Shown here: positions 1 to 15,200 of the stretch, piece by piece
Layout of the letters: each line of letters starts with the position of its first letter
How positions within the stretch are numbered: position 1 is the stretch's first letter
Source of the DNA: Isurus oxyrinchus
Taxonomy: Eukaryota
Assembly (NCBI GenBank): GCA_026770705.1
Contig: JANJGN010000012.1
Coordinates: 29,946,001-30,010,000 of the forward strand
Length of the DNA: 64,000 bases
Direction: 5' to 3'
Notes under the pieces: generated by a model
What the model saw: the letters and a program-made list of their open reading frames with translations, nothing else
Databases searched by the model: none
Told to the model about the DNA's origin: nothing
Translations under genes and position numbers: made by a program

Positions 1-141
1 TGTTGTTTCAACATGGCAAGCTATGTTACTAATTTTCATCATCTGGGCCTGCTAAGAAGTTGATTATTTGGCCAGACTTTTAGAATGTTATTCCACATTT
101 TTTGTGTACTCCCTTAAGCCTATCACCTCTTTTAATAACAG

Positions 142-279
142 CAGCAACAGAAACTTCAACTGGAAGTACACAGACATCCACAGCAGCTGAAAGTACAATA
201 GCACAAACTACAGTGAGCTCCACTGAAACATCAATAACTGAAACAACAACAGCCACTACTCCATTCCCATCACCAAGTG
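142..279 (+). CDS. PTS exon, short A' type (138 nt, phase 1-1); also at ~16723, 23345, 27586
   Basis: taacag|CAGCAACA...CCAAGTG|gtgagt; (A)ATETSTGSTQTSTAAESTIAQ...PFPSPS. Confidence 0.85.
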
Positions 280-3200
280 GTGAGTATACGTAAGCACCCT
301 TTCCAGCTATAACCTTCTCAGACCAGTCAAATGCAGGAATGTATAAACACATAAAGAAATGTGAGAAATTATACTACTCGTGGATTGTTGGCTAGAATGA
401 TGCATTAGACAATTGTGCCCTCATGGCTTTTGGTGTTATACCCTCATTAAAACGAATTTCCGATACATTACTCAGGATCTTCCATTAATTATCGGATTTA
501 ACAAATCATAGAGCATAACCTTTGTGCAAAACCTTTGATATACTCTCCATGTTCACTGCTTACCTCGATAAAACATTGCCTGTTTGAATGTTGGCAGCAG
601 AAACATCGTCTTCAAGTACACAGACATCCATGGCAGCACTGACCTCTACGTTTGCTCCTCCCTCAACAAGTGGAACAGCATCAACATCCACCGCAGGCTC
701 TACTGAAGGGTCAACAACTGAAGAATCGACAGTCACTACGTCACTCCCAACAACAAGTGGTGAGAATACAAAAGCACTCTTTGCATGCATTCCATTATGA
801 ATTCATTCAAACTGCTGGGAGATAGACTCACGTACCCAAAAGCTATTGAAACTTTACAGTAGTATGTTGTTGTTATCATTTCTCAGAGTTAATGTTATGT
901 CAAATAGTCTTGGTACAATTCACAATTCCCGGCCATGTTATCAATCTTCATGTCTTTCAGCAAATGCGAGTTCCAATGAAATGTGGGGCACAAATTTCAT
1001 TCAAAGACTTTAATATATTGTTCCATCCATTTCAATTCCCTGAATAACATTGTATCCCTTCTTCAATCACAGCGGCACAAGCATCTGCAACAAATACACA
1101 GACGTCCACAGTAGCACTTACCTCTTCATCAGCTTCTGCCTCAACAAGTACAATAGCACCAACATCAACAGAAACATTGACATCCGAGGCATCGACAGTG
1201 ACAACCTCACTACCTTCATCAAGTAGTGAGTATCTGTGTGCTCTCTAATCAGTTCTAATATTCTGATTCCTTTCACCTACTGAATGTTGAGAAACAGACA
1301 ATGGACTTGGAAGAAAAGAATACAGCATGATGTTGGTCGTGAATATGCAGAGTAGAATAACATGCAAATGCCATTGTTTTGATTAATGCTTTGCAACATG
1401 GACATTCATTACTTGCTTTCCATATTTGACGAAGAAGGGAACTTTTCAGCTATGATATAATGATGTTGTTCCAGGCATTATGTATACCCATTCAGTCTAT
1501 ATTCAATTTTAATTATAGCAACTGCAGAAATTTCAACTGCAAGTACACAGACATCTACTACAGCACACGTCACCACATCAGCTCCTGCCTCAAGCAGTAC
1601 GATATCATCGAAAATTGCCGGGAGCTCTACAAAAGCATTGACAACTGCAGTAACATCAATCACAACATCAATCCCTTCAACAACTGGTGAGTATATGAGT
1701 GCTGTCTTAACAATTTGACCATCCCTGATCCTTCCAACCCACTCTGAGGTTTAAAAGACTAAATTGGAGACCTGTCAAACGATTCTCGCAAGGTGCTGGC
1801 TACAATTGCCCCAAATAGAATAATGCGCAGATGAGATTTGCTCAGTACTTTTATTTCAACATGGAGAGCTATGTTACTAATTTTCATGAGCTGGGAGTTC
1901 TAAGAAGTTGATTTCTTGGGCCACACTTTTAGAATGTTGTTCCAGGCTTTTTGAGTGCTCCCTTAAGCCAAACACCTCTTTTAATATCAGCAGCAACAGA
2001 AACTTCAACTACAAATACACAGACATCCACAGCAGCAGAAACCGCGACATCAGATTCTGTCTCAACAAGTGCAACAGTACAAACTACAGTGAGCTCAACT
2101 GAAACAACAATAACTGAAGCAACAACAGCCACCACTCCACTCCCATCAACACGTGGTAAGTATACAAAAGTACACTTTGCAGACATTACATTCTCAGTCC
2201 AGTCAAAATGCAGAAATGTACAAACACTTAAAGAAATGTGAGAAATTATTCTACTCGTGTATTGTTGGCTAGAATGATGCATTGGACAATCATACACTCG
2301 TGACATTTGGTGAAATGCCCTCAGTTAAAATGAGGCTACGATACATTACTCAGGAGCTTCCATTATTTCTCAGTTTTAACAAAATATAGAACATAACCTT
2401 TGTGCAAAAGCTTTGATATACTCCCCATGCTCTCTGCTTACCTCAATAAAACATTACCTGTTTCGACGATAGCAGCAGATACATCATCTTCAAGTACACA
2501 GACATCCACGACAGCACTGACCTCGACATCAGTTCCTGCCTCGACAAGTGGAACAGCATCACCATCCACCACAGGCTCTACTGAAGGGTCAACAACTGAA
2601 GAATCAACAATCACTACATCACTCCCAACAACAAGTGGTGAGAAAATGAAAGAACTCTTTGCTACCATTTCATTACGAATTCATTCAAACTGCTGCACGA
2701 TATAAACACGTACACATAAACTATTAACACATGACAGGAGTATTTTGTTGTGAGAATTTCCCAGTGTTCATGTTATGTGAAATTGTCTTGGAGCTCAAAT
2801 GCAGTCACAATTCCCGGCCACGTTATCTTTCTTAATGTCTTTCAGTAAATGCAAGTTCGAACAAAAAGTGTGGCATATAAATTGTTAAAAAAACTTAAAT
2901 ATATTGTTCCATTCTATTCAATTCCCTCAATAAGAATATATCCCTTTTTCAATCCCAGCAGCAGCAGTATCACCAACAAATAAACAGACATCCACCGCAG
3001 CACTGACCTCTACATCAGCTCCTGCCTCGACAACTGGAACAGCATCAACATCCACCGCAGGCTCTACTGAAGGGTCAATAACTGAAGAATCGACAATCAC
3101 TACGTCACTCCCAACAACAAGTGGTGAGAAAACGAAAGCACTCTTTGCATCCATTCCATTATGAATTCATTCAAAGTGCTGGGAGATAGAATCACGTATT

Positions 3201-6200
3201 CAAAAGCTGTTGATACACTACAGTAGTATGTTGTTGTTATAATTTCCCAGAGTCAATCTGATGTCAAACTATCTTGGTACTTTAACGCTGCCACAATTCC
3301 CGGCCACGTTATCTTTATTCGTGTCTTTCAGCAAATGCGAGTTCCAGCAAAATGTGGGGCACAAATTTCATTCAAAAACTTTAATATATTGTGTCATCAA
3401 TTTCATTTGCCTCAATAACATTGTATCCCTTCTTCAATCACAGCGGCACAAGCATCAACAACAAATACACAGACGTCCACAGTAGCACTGACCACTTCAT
3501 CAGCTCCTGCCACAACTAGTACAATAACAGAAACATCTACAGCAAGCTTGACAGAAACATCGACATCTGAGGCAACGACAGTGACAACCTCACTCCCATC
3601 ATCAAGTGGTGAGTAGCTGAGTGCCATCTATTCAGTTTTAATATTCTGTTTTCTTCCACCTACCAAATGTTGAGAAACAGACAATGGACTTGTAAGAAAA
3701 TAATATAGCATGAAGTTGGTCATGAATATGCAGAGTAGAATAACGTGCAAATGCCATTGTTTTGATTAATGCTTTGCAACATGGACATTCATTACTTGCT
3801 TTGCATATCTGACGAAGAAAGGAACTTTTCAGCTATGATAAAACGATGTTGTTCCAGGCAATATGTATACCCATTCAGTCTATCCTCAATTTTAATTATA
3901 GCAACTGCAGAACTTTCAACTGCAAGTACACAGACATCTACTACAGCACAAGTCACCACATCAGCTCCTGCCTCAAGGAGTACGATATCATCGACAACTG
4001 CCGGGAGCTCTACAAAAGCATCAACAACTGCAGTAACATCAATCACAACATCACTCCCTTCAACAAGTGGTGAGTATATGAGTGCTGTCTTAACACTTTG
4101 ACCATCAATAATCCGTCCAGCCCACTCTGAGGTTTAAAAGACTAAATTGGAGATCGATCAAACGATTCTAGCAAGGTGCTAGCTACAATTGCCACAAATA
4201 GAATAAGGCGCAGTTGAGATGTGCTCAGTACTTTTATTTCAACATCGTGAGCTATGTTACTAATTTTCATGATCTGGGAGTTCTAAGAAGTTGATTATTT
4301 GGGCCAGACTTTTAGAATGCTGTTCCATGCTTTTTGAGTGCTTCCTTAAGCCTAACACCTCTTTTCATAACAGCAGCAACAGGAACTTCAACTGCAAATA
4401 CACAGACATCCACAGCAGCAGAAACCTCGACATCAGCTTCTGTCTCAACAACTGCAACAGTAGAAACTCCAGTGAGCTCAACTGAAACAACAATAACTGA
4501 AGCAACAACAGCCACCACTCCACTCCCATTAACAAGTGGTGAGTATACAAACGTACACTTTGCAGACATTACATTCTCATTCCAGTCAAAATGCAGAAAT
4601 GTACAAACACTTAAAGAAATGTGAGAAATTATTATACTCATGTATTGTTGGCTAGAATGTTGCATTGGACAATCATACACTCGTGACATTTGGTGAAATA
4701 CCCTCAGTTAAAATGAGGCAACGATACATTACTCAGGAGCTTCCATTATTTCTCAGTTTTAACAAAACATAGAGCATAACCTTTGTGCAAAAGCTTTGAT
4801 ATACTCCCCATGCTCTCTGCTTACCTGTTTCGATGATAGCAGCAGATACATCATCTTCAAGTACACAGACATCCACGGCAGCACTGACCTCGACATCAGT
4901 TCCTGCCTCGACAAGTGGAACAGCATCACCATCCACCACAGGCTCTACTGAAGGGTCAACAACTGAAGAATCAACAATCACTACATCACTCCCAACAACA
5001 AGTGGTGAGAAAATGAAAGAACTCTTTGCTACCATTTCATTACGAATTCATTCAAACTGCTGCACGATATAAACACGTACACATAAACTATTAACACATG
5101 ACAGGAGTATCTTGTTGTGAGAATTTCCCAGTGTTCATGTTATGTGAAATGGTCTTGGAGCTCAAATGCAGTCACAATTCCCGGACACGTTATCTTTCTT
5201 AATGTCTTTCAGTAAATGCAAGTTCGAACAAAAAGTGTGGCATATGAATTGTTAAAAAATCGTTCATATTTTGTTCCATTCTTTTCAATTCCCTCAAAAA
5301 CATTATATCCCTTTTTCAGTCCCAGCAGCAGCAGTATCACCAACAAATAAACAGACATCCACCGCAGCACTGACCTCTACATCAGCTCCTGCCTCGACAA
5401 GTGGAACAGCGGCAACACTCACCGCAGAGTCTACTGAAGGGTCAACAACTGAAGAATCAACAATCACTACGTCACTCCCAAAAACAAGTGGTGAGAAAAC
5501 GAAAGCACTCTTTGCATCCATTCCATTATGAATTCATTCAAAGTTCTGGGAGATAGAATCACGTACTCAAAAGCTATTGATACATAACAGTATAATTTCC
5601 CACAGTTAATGTGATATCAAACTATCTTGGTAGTCTAATGCTGCCACAATTCCCGGCCACGTTATCTTTCTTCGTGTCTTTCAGCAAACGCGAGTTCCAA
5701 CGAAATGTGGGGCACAAATTTCGTTCAAAAACTTTAATATATTGTTCCATCCATTTCAATTCCCTGAATAACATTGTATCCCTTCTTCAATCACAGTGGC
5801 ACAAGCATCAACAACAAACACACAGACGTCCACAGTAGCACTGACCTCTTCTTCAGCTCCTGCATCAACAATTACAATAGCACCAACATCTACAGCAAGC
5901 TCGACAGAAGCATCGACATTTGAGGCAACAACAGTGACAACCTCACTCCCTTCATCAAGAAGTGAGTAGCCGTGTGCTCTCTAATCAGTTCTAATATTCT
6001 GATTCCTTTCACCTACTGAATGGTGAGAAACAGACAATGGACTTGTAAGAAAAGAATACAGCATGGAGTTGGTCATGAATTTGCAGAGTAGATTAACGTG
6101 CAAATGCCATTGTTTTGATTAATGCTTTGCAACATGGACATTCATTACTTGCTTTGCATATCTGACGAAGAAAGGAACTTTTCACCTATGATATAATGAT

Positions 6201-9200
6201 ATTGTTCCAGGCTTTACACTACCCATTCAGTCTATATCAATTTTAATTATAGCAACTGCAGAAATTACAACTGCAAGTACACAGACATCCACTACAGCAC
6301 AAGCCACCACATCAGCTCCTGCCTCAAGGAGTACGATATCATCGACAACAGCCGGGAGCTCTACAAAATCATCGACAACTGCAGTAACATCAGTCACAAC
6401 ATCAATCCCTTCAACAACTGGTGAGTATATGAGTGCTGTCTTAACACTTTGACCATCTCTGATCCTTCCAGCCCACTCTGAGGTTTAAAAGACTAAATTG
6501 GAGATCGGTCAAACGATTCTCGCAAGGTGCTGGCTACAATTGCCACAAATAGAATAATGCGCAGATGAGATTTGCTCAGTACTTTTATTTCAACATGGAG
6601 AGCTATGTTACTAATTTTCATGATCTGGGAGTTCTAAGAAGTTGCTTATTTGGGCCAGACTTTTAGAATGTTGTTCCATGCTTTTTGAGTGCTCCCTTAA
6701 GCCTAACACCTCTTTTAATAACAGCAGCAACAGAAACTTCAACTGCAAATACACAGACATCCACAGCAGCAGAAACCGTGACATCAGCTTCTGTCTCAAC
6801 AAGTGCAACAGTACAAACTACAGTGAGCTCAACTGAAACAACAATAACTGAAGCAACAACAGCCACCACTCCACTCCCATCAACAAGTGGTAAGTATACA
6901 AAAGTACACTTTGCAGACATTACATTCTCAGTCCAGTCAAAATGCAGAAATGTACAAACACTTAAAGAAATGTGAGAAATTATTCTACTCGTGTATTGTT
7001 GGCTAGAATGTTGCATTGGACAATCATACACTCGTGACATTTGGAGAAATACCCTCAGTTAAAATGAGGCTACGATACATTACTCAGGAGTTTCCATTAT
7101 TTCTCAGTTTTAACAAAACATAGAGCATAACCTTTGTGCAAAAGCTTTCATATACTCCCCATGCTCTCTGCTTACCTCAATAAAACATTACCTGTTTCGA
7201 CAATAGCAGCAAATACATCATCTTCAAGTACACAGACATCCACGGCAGCACTGACCTCGACATCAGTTCCTGCCTCAACAAGTGGAACAGCATCAACATC
7301 CACCACAGGCTCTACTGAAGGGTCAACAACTGAAGAATCGACAATCACTACATCACTCCCAACAACAAGTGGTGAGAAAATGAAAGAACTCTTTGCTACC
7401 ATTTCATTACGAATTCATTCAAACTGCTGCACGATATAAACACATACACATAAACTATTAACACATGGCAGGAGTATCTTGTTGTGAGAATTTCCCAGTG
7501 TTCATGTTATGTGAAATGGTCTTGGAGCTCAAATGCAGTCACAATTCCCGGACACGTTATCTTTCTTAGTGTCATTCAGTAAATGCGAGTTCCAACAAAA
7601 AGTGTGACATATAAATTGTTAAAAAATCTTTCATATTTTGTTCCATTCTTTTCAATTCCCTCAAAAACATTATATCCCTTTTTCAGTCCCAGCAGCAGCA
7701 GTATCACCAACAAATAAACAGACATCCACCGCAGCACTGACCTCTACATCAGCTCCTGCCTCGACAAGTGGAACAGCGTCAACACTCACCGCAGACTCTA
7801 CTGAAGGGTCAACAACTGCAGAATCGACAATCACTACGTCACTCCCAACAACAAGTGGTGAGAAAATGAAAGAACTCTTTGCTACCATTTCATTACGAAT
7901 TCATTCAAACTGCTGCACGATATAAACACGTACACATAAACTATTAACACATGACAGGAGTATCTTGTTGTGAGAATTTCCCAGTGTTCATGTTATGTGA
8001 AATGGTCTTGGAGCTCAAATGCAGTCACAATTCCCGGTCACGTTATCTTTCTTAATGTCTTTCAGTAAATGCAAGTTCGAACAAAAAGTGTGGCATATAA
8101 ATTGTTAAAAAATCGTTCATATTTTGTTCCATTCTTTTCAATTCCCTCAAAAACATTATATCCCTTTTTCAGTCCCAGCAGCAGCAGTATCACCAACAAA
8201 TAAACAGACATCCACCGCAGCACTGACCTCTACATCAGCTCCTGCCTCGACAAGTGGAACAGCGGCAACACTCACCGCAGAGTCTACTGAAGGGTCAACA
8301 ACTGAAGAATCAACAATCACTACGTCACTCCCAAAAACAAGTGGTGAGAAAACGAAAGCACTCTTTGCATCCATTCCATTATGAATTCATTCAAAGTTCT
8401 GGGAGATAGAATCACGTACTCAAAAGCTATTGATACATAACAGTATAATTTCCCACAGTTAATGTGATATCAAACTATCTTGGTAGTCTAATGCTGCCAC
8501 AATTCCCGGCCACGTTATCTTTCTTCGTGTCTTTCAGCAAACGCGAGTTCCAACGAAATGTGGGGCACAAATTTCGTTCAAAAACTTTAATATATTGTTC
8601 CATCCATTTCAATTCCCTGAATAACATTGTATCCCTTCTTCAATCACAGTGGCACAAGCATCAACAACAAACACACAGACGTCCACAGTAGCACTGACCT
8701 CTTCTTCAGCTCCTGCATCAACAATTACAATAGCACCAACATCTACAGCAAGCTCGACAGAAGCATCGACATTTGAGGCAACAACAGTGACAACCTCACT
8801 CCCTTCATCAAGAAGTGAGTAGCCGTGTGCTCTCTAATCAGTTCTAATATTCTGATTCCTTTCACCTACTGAATGGTGAGAAACAGACAATGGACTTGTA
8901 AGAAAAGAATACAGCATGGAGTTGGTCATGAATTTGCAGAGTAGATTAACGTGCAAATGCCATTGTTTTGATTAATGCTTTGCAACATGGACATTCATTA
9001 CTTGCTTTGCATATCTGACGAAGAAAGGAACTTTTCACCTATGATATAATGATATTGTTCCAGGCTTTACACTACCCATTCAGTCTATATCAATTTTAAT
9101 TATAGCAACTGCAGAAATTACAACTGCAAGTACACAGACATCCACTACAGCACAAGCCACCACATCAGCTCCTGCCTCAAGGAGTACGATATCATCGACA

Positions 9201-12200
9201 ACAGCCGGGAGCTCTACAAAATCATCGACAACTGCAGTAACATCAGTCACAACATCAATCCCTTCAACAACTGGTGAGTATATGAGTGCTGTCTTAACAC
9301 TTTGACCATCTCTGATCCTTCCAGCCCACTCTGAGGTTTAAAAGACTAAATTGGAGATCGGTCAAACGATTCTCGCAAGGTGCTGGCTACAATTGCCACA
9401 AATAGAATAATGCGCAGATGAGATTTGCTCAGTACTTTTATTTCAACATGGAGAGCTATGTTACTAATTTTCATGATCTGGGAGTTCTAAGAAGTTGCTT
9501 ATTTGGGCCAGACTTTTAGAATGTTGTTCCATGCTTTTTGAGTGCTCCCTTAAGCCTAACACCTCTTTGAATAACAGCAGCAACAGAAACTTCAACTGCA
9601 AATACACAGACATCCACAGCAGCAGAAACCGTGACATCAGCTTCTGTCTCAACAAGTGCAACAGTACAAACTACAGTGAGCTCAACTGAAACAACAATAA
9701 CTGAAGCAACAACAGCCACCACTCCACTCCCATCAGCAAGTGGTAAGTATACAAAAGTACACTTTGCAGACATTACATTCTCAGTCCAGTCAAAATGCAG
9801 AAATGTACAAACACTTAAAGAAATGTGAGAAATTATTCTACTCGTGTATTGTTGGCTAGAATGTTGCATTGGACAATCATACACTCGTGACATTTGGTGA
9901 AATACCCTCAGTTAAAATGAGGCTACGATACATTACTCAGGAGTTTCCATTATTTCTCAGTTTTAACAAAACATAGAGCATAACCTTTGTGCAAAAGCTT
10001 TGATATACTCCCCATGCTCTCTGCTTACCTCAGTAAAACATTACCTGTTTCGACAATAGCAGCAAATACATCATCTTCAAGTACACAGACATCCACGGCA
10101 GCACTGACCTCGACATCAGTTCCTGCCTCGACAAGTGGAACAGCATCAACATCCACCATAGGCTCTACTGAAGGGTCAACAACTGAAGAATCGACAATCA
10201 CTACATCACTCCCAACAACAAGTGGTGAGAAAATGAAAGAACTCTTTGCTACCATTTCATTACGAATTCATTCAAACTGCTGCACGATATAAACACGTAC
10301 ACATAAACTATTAACACATGGCAGGAGTATCTTGTTGTGAGAATTTCCCAGTGTTCATGTTATGTGAAATGGTCTTGGAGCTCAAATGCAGTCACAATTC
10401 CCGGCCACGTTATCTTTCTTAATGTCTTTCAGTAAATGCGAGTTCCAACAAAAAGTGTGACATATAAATTGTTAAAAAATCGTTCATATTTTGTTCCATT
10501 CTTTTCAATTCCCTCAAAAATATTATATCCCTTTTTCAGTCCCAGCAGCAGCAGTATCACCAACAAATAAACAGACATCCACCGCAGCACTGACCTCTAC
10601 ATCAGCTCCTGCCTCGACAAGTGGAACAGCGGCAACACTCACCGCAGACTCTATTGAAGGGTCAACAACTGAAGAATCAACAATCACTACGTCACTCCCA
10701 AAAACAAGTGGTGAGAAAACGAAAGCACTCTTTGCATCCATTCCATTATGAATTCATTCAAAGTTCTGGGAGATAGAATCACGTACTCAAAAGCTATTGA
10801 TACATTATAGTAGTATGCTGTTGTTATAATTTCCCACAGTTAATGTGATATCAAACTATCTTGGTAGTCTAACGCTGCCACAATTCCCGGCCACATTATC
10901 TTTCTTCGTGTCTTTCAGCAAACGCGAGTTCCAACGAAATGTGGGGCACAAATTTCGTTCAAAAACTTTAATATATTGTTCCATCCATTTCAATTCCCTG
11001 AATAACATTGTATCCCTTCTTCAATCACAGTGGTACAAGCATCAACAACAAACACACAGACGACCACAGTAGCGCTGACCTCTTCATCAGCTCCTGCATC
11101 AACAATTACAATTGCACCAACATCTACAGCAAGCTCGACAGAAGCATCGACATCTGAGGCAACGACAGTGACAACCTCACTCCCTTCATCAAGAAGTGAG
11201 TAGCCGTGTGCTCTCTAATCAGTTCTAATATTCTGATTCCTTTCACCTACTGAATGTTGAGAAACAGACAATGGACTTGTAAGAAAAGAATACAGCATGG
11301 AGTTGGTCATGAATTTGCAGAGTAGAATAACGTGCAAATGCCATTGTTTTGATTAATGCTTTGCAACATGGACATTCATTACTTGCTTTGCATATCTGAC
11401 GAAGAAAGGAACTTTTCACCTATGATATAATGATATTGTTCCAGGCTTTACACTACCCATTCAGTCTATATTCAATTTTAATTGTAGCAACTGCAGAAAT
11501 TTCAACTGCAAGTACACAGACATCCACTTCAGCACAAGCCACCTCATCAGCTCCTGCCTCAAGGAGTACGATATCATCGACAACTGCCGGGAGCTCTACA
11601 AAAGCATCGACAACTGCAGTAACATCAATCACAACATCAATCCCTTCAACAACTGGTGAGTATATGAGTGCTGTCTTAACACTTTGACCATCTCTGATCT
11701 TTCCAGCCCACTCTGAGGTTTAAAAGACTAAATTGGAGATCGGTCAAACGATTCTCGCAAGGTGCTGGCTACAATTGCCACAAATAGAATAATGCGCAGA
11801 TGAGATTTGCTCAGTACTTTTATTTCAACATGGAGAGCTATGTTACTAATTTTCATGATCTGGGAGTTCTAAGAAGTTGCTTATTTGGGCCAGACTTTTA
11901 GAATGTTGTTCCATGCTTTTTGAGTGCTCCCTTAAGCCTAACACCTCTTTTAATAACAGCAGCAACAGAAACTTCAACTGCAAATACACAGACATCCACA
12001 GCAGCAGAAACCGTGACATCAGCTTCTGTCTCAACAAGTGCAACAGTACAAACTCCAGTGAGCTCAACTGAAACAACAATAACTGAAGCAACAACAGCCA
12101 CCACTCCACTCCCATCAACAAGTGGTAAGTATACAAAAGTACACTTTGCAGACATTACATTCTCAGTCCAGTCAAAATGCAGAAATGTACAAACACTTAA

Positions 12201-15200
12201 AGAAATGTGAGAAATTATTCTACTCGTGTATTGTTGGCTAGAATGTTGCATTGGACAATCATACACTCGTGACATTTGGAGAAATACCCTCAGTTAAAAT
12301 GAGGCTACGATACATTACTCAGGAGTTTCCATTATTTCTCAGTTTTAACAAAACATAGAGCATAACCTTTGTGCAAAAGCTTTCATATACTCCCCATGCT
12401 CTCTGCTTACCTCAATAAAACATTACCTGTTTCGACAATAGCAGCAAATACATCATCTTCAAGTACACAGACATCCACGGCAGCACTGACCTCGACATCA
12501 GTTCCTGCCTCAACAAGTGGAACAGCATCAACATCCACCACAGGCTCTACTGAAGGGTCAACAACTGAAGAATCGACAATCACTACATCACTCCCAACAA
12601 CAAGTGGTGAGAAAATGAAAGAACTCTTTGCTACCATTTCATTACGAATTCATTCAAACTGCTGCACGATATAAACACATACACATAAACTATTAACACA
12701 TGGCAGGAGTATCTTGTTGTGAGAATTTCCCAGTGTTCATGTTATGTGAAATGGTCTTGGAGCTCAAATGCAGTCACAATTCCCGGACACGTTATCTTTC
12801 TTAGTGTCATTCAGTAAATGCGAGTTCCAACAAAAAGTGTGACATATAAATTGTTAAAAAATCTTTCATATTTTGTTCCATTCTTTTCAATTCCCTCAAA
12901 AACATTATATCCCTTTTTCAGTCCCAGCAACAGCAGTATCACCAACAAATAAACAGACATCCACCGCAGCACTGACCTCTACATCAGCTCCTGCCTCGAC
13001 AAGTGGAACAGCGTCAACACTCACCGCAGACTCTACTGAAGGGTCAACAACTGCAGAATCGACAATCACTACGTCACTCCCAACAACAAGTGGTGAGAAA
13101 ACGAAAGCACTCTTTGCATCCATTCCATTATGAATTCATTCAAAGTTCTGGGAGATAGAATCACGTACTCAAAAGCTATTGATACATTACAGTAGTATGC
13201 TGTTGTTATAATTTCCCACAGTTAATGTGATATCAAACTATCTTGGTAGTCTAACGCTGCCACAATTCCTGGCCACGTTATCTTTCTTCGTGTCTTTCAG
13301 CAAACACGAGTTCCAACGAAAAGTGGGGCACAAATTTCGTTCAAAAACTTTAATATATTGTTCCATCCATTTCATTTCCCTCAATAACATTGTATCCTTT
13401 CTTCAATCACAGTGGCACAAGCATCAACAACAAATACACAGACGTCCACAGTAGCACTGTCCGCTTCATCAGCTCCTTCCTCAACAAGTAAAATAGCACA
13501 ACAATCTACAGCAAGCTCGACAGAAACATCGACATCCGTGGCAACGACAGTGACAACCTCACCCCCTTCATCAAGAAGTGAGTAGCCGTGTGCTCTCTAA
13601 TCAGTTCTAATATTCTGATTCCTTTCACCTACTGAATGTTGAGAAACAGACAATGGACTTGTAAGAAAAGAATACAGCATGGAGTTGGTCATGAATTTGC
13701 AGAGTAGAATAACGTGCAAATGCCATTGTTTTGATTAATGCTTTGCAACATGGACATTTATTACTTGCTTTGCATATCTGACGAAGAAAGGAACTTTTCA
13801 CCTATGATATAATGATATTGTTCCAGGCTTTACACTACCCATTCAGTCTATATCAATTTTAATTATAGCAACTGCAGAAATTACAACTGCAAGTACACAG
13901 ACATCCACTACAGCACAAGCCACCACATCAGCTCCTGCCTCAAGGAGTACGATATCATCGACAACAGCCGGGAGCTCTACAAAATCATCGACAACTGCAG
14001 TAACATCAGTCACAACATCAATCCCTTCAACAACTGGTGAGTATATGAGTGCTGTCTTAACACTTTGACCATCTCTGATCCTTCCAGCCCACTCTGAGGT
14101 TTAAAAGACTAAATTGGAGATCAGTCAAACGATTCTCGCAAGGTGCTGGCTACAATTGCCACAAATAGAATAATGCGCAGATGAGATTTGCTCAGTACTT
14201 TTATTTCAACATGGAGAGCTATGTTACTAATTTTCATGATCTGGGAGTTCTAAGAAGTTGCTTATTTGGGCCAGACTTTTAGAATGTTGTTCCATGCTTT
14301 TTGAGTGCTCCCTTAAGCCTAACACCTCTTTTAATAACAGCAGCAACAGAAACTTCAACTGCAAATACACAGACATCCACAGCAGCAGAAACCGTGACAT
14401 CAGCTTCTGTCTCAACAAGTGCAACAGTACAAACTACAGTGAGCTCAACTGAAACAACAATAACTGAAGCAACAACAGCCACCACTCCACTCCCATCAAC
14501 AAGTGGTAAGTATACAAAAGTACACTTTGCAGACATTACATTCTCAGTCCAGTCAAAATGCAGAAATGTACAAACACTTAAAGAAATGTGAGAAATTATT
14601 CTACTCGTGTATTGTTGGCTAGAATGATGCATTGGACAATCATACACTCGTGACATTTGGAGAAATACCCTCAGTTAAAATGAGGCTACGATACATTACT
14701 CAGGAGTTTCCATTATTTCTCAGTTTTAACAAAACATAGAGCATAACCTTTGTGCAAAAGCTTTCATATACTCCCCATGCTCTCTGCTTACCTCAATAAA
14801 ACATTACCTGTTTCGACAATAGCAGCAAATACATCATCTTCAAGTACACAGACATCCACGGCAGCACTGACCTCGACATCAGTTCCTGCCTCGACAAGTG
14901 GAACAGCATCAACATCCACCACAGGCTCTACTGAAGGGTCAACAACTGAAGAATCGACAATCACTACATCACTCCCAACAACAAGTGGTGAGAAAATGAA
15001 AGAACTCTTTGCTACCATTTCATTACGAATTCATTCAAACTGCTGTACGATATAAACACATACACATAAACTATTAACACATGGCAGGAGTATCTTGTTG
15101 TGAGAATTTCCCAGTGTTCATGTTATGTGAAATGGTCTTGGAGCTCAAATGCAGTCACAATTCCCGGACACGTTATCTTTCTTAGTGTCATTCAGTAAAT

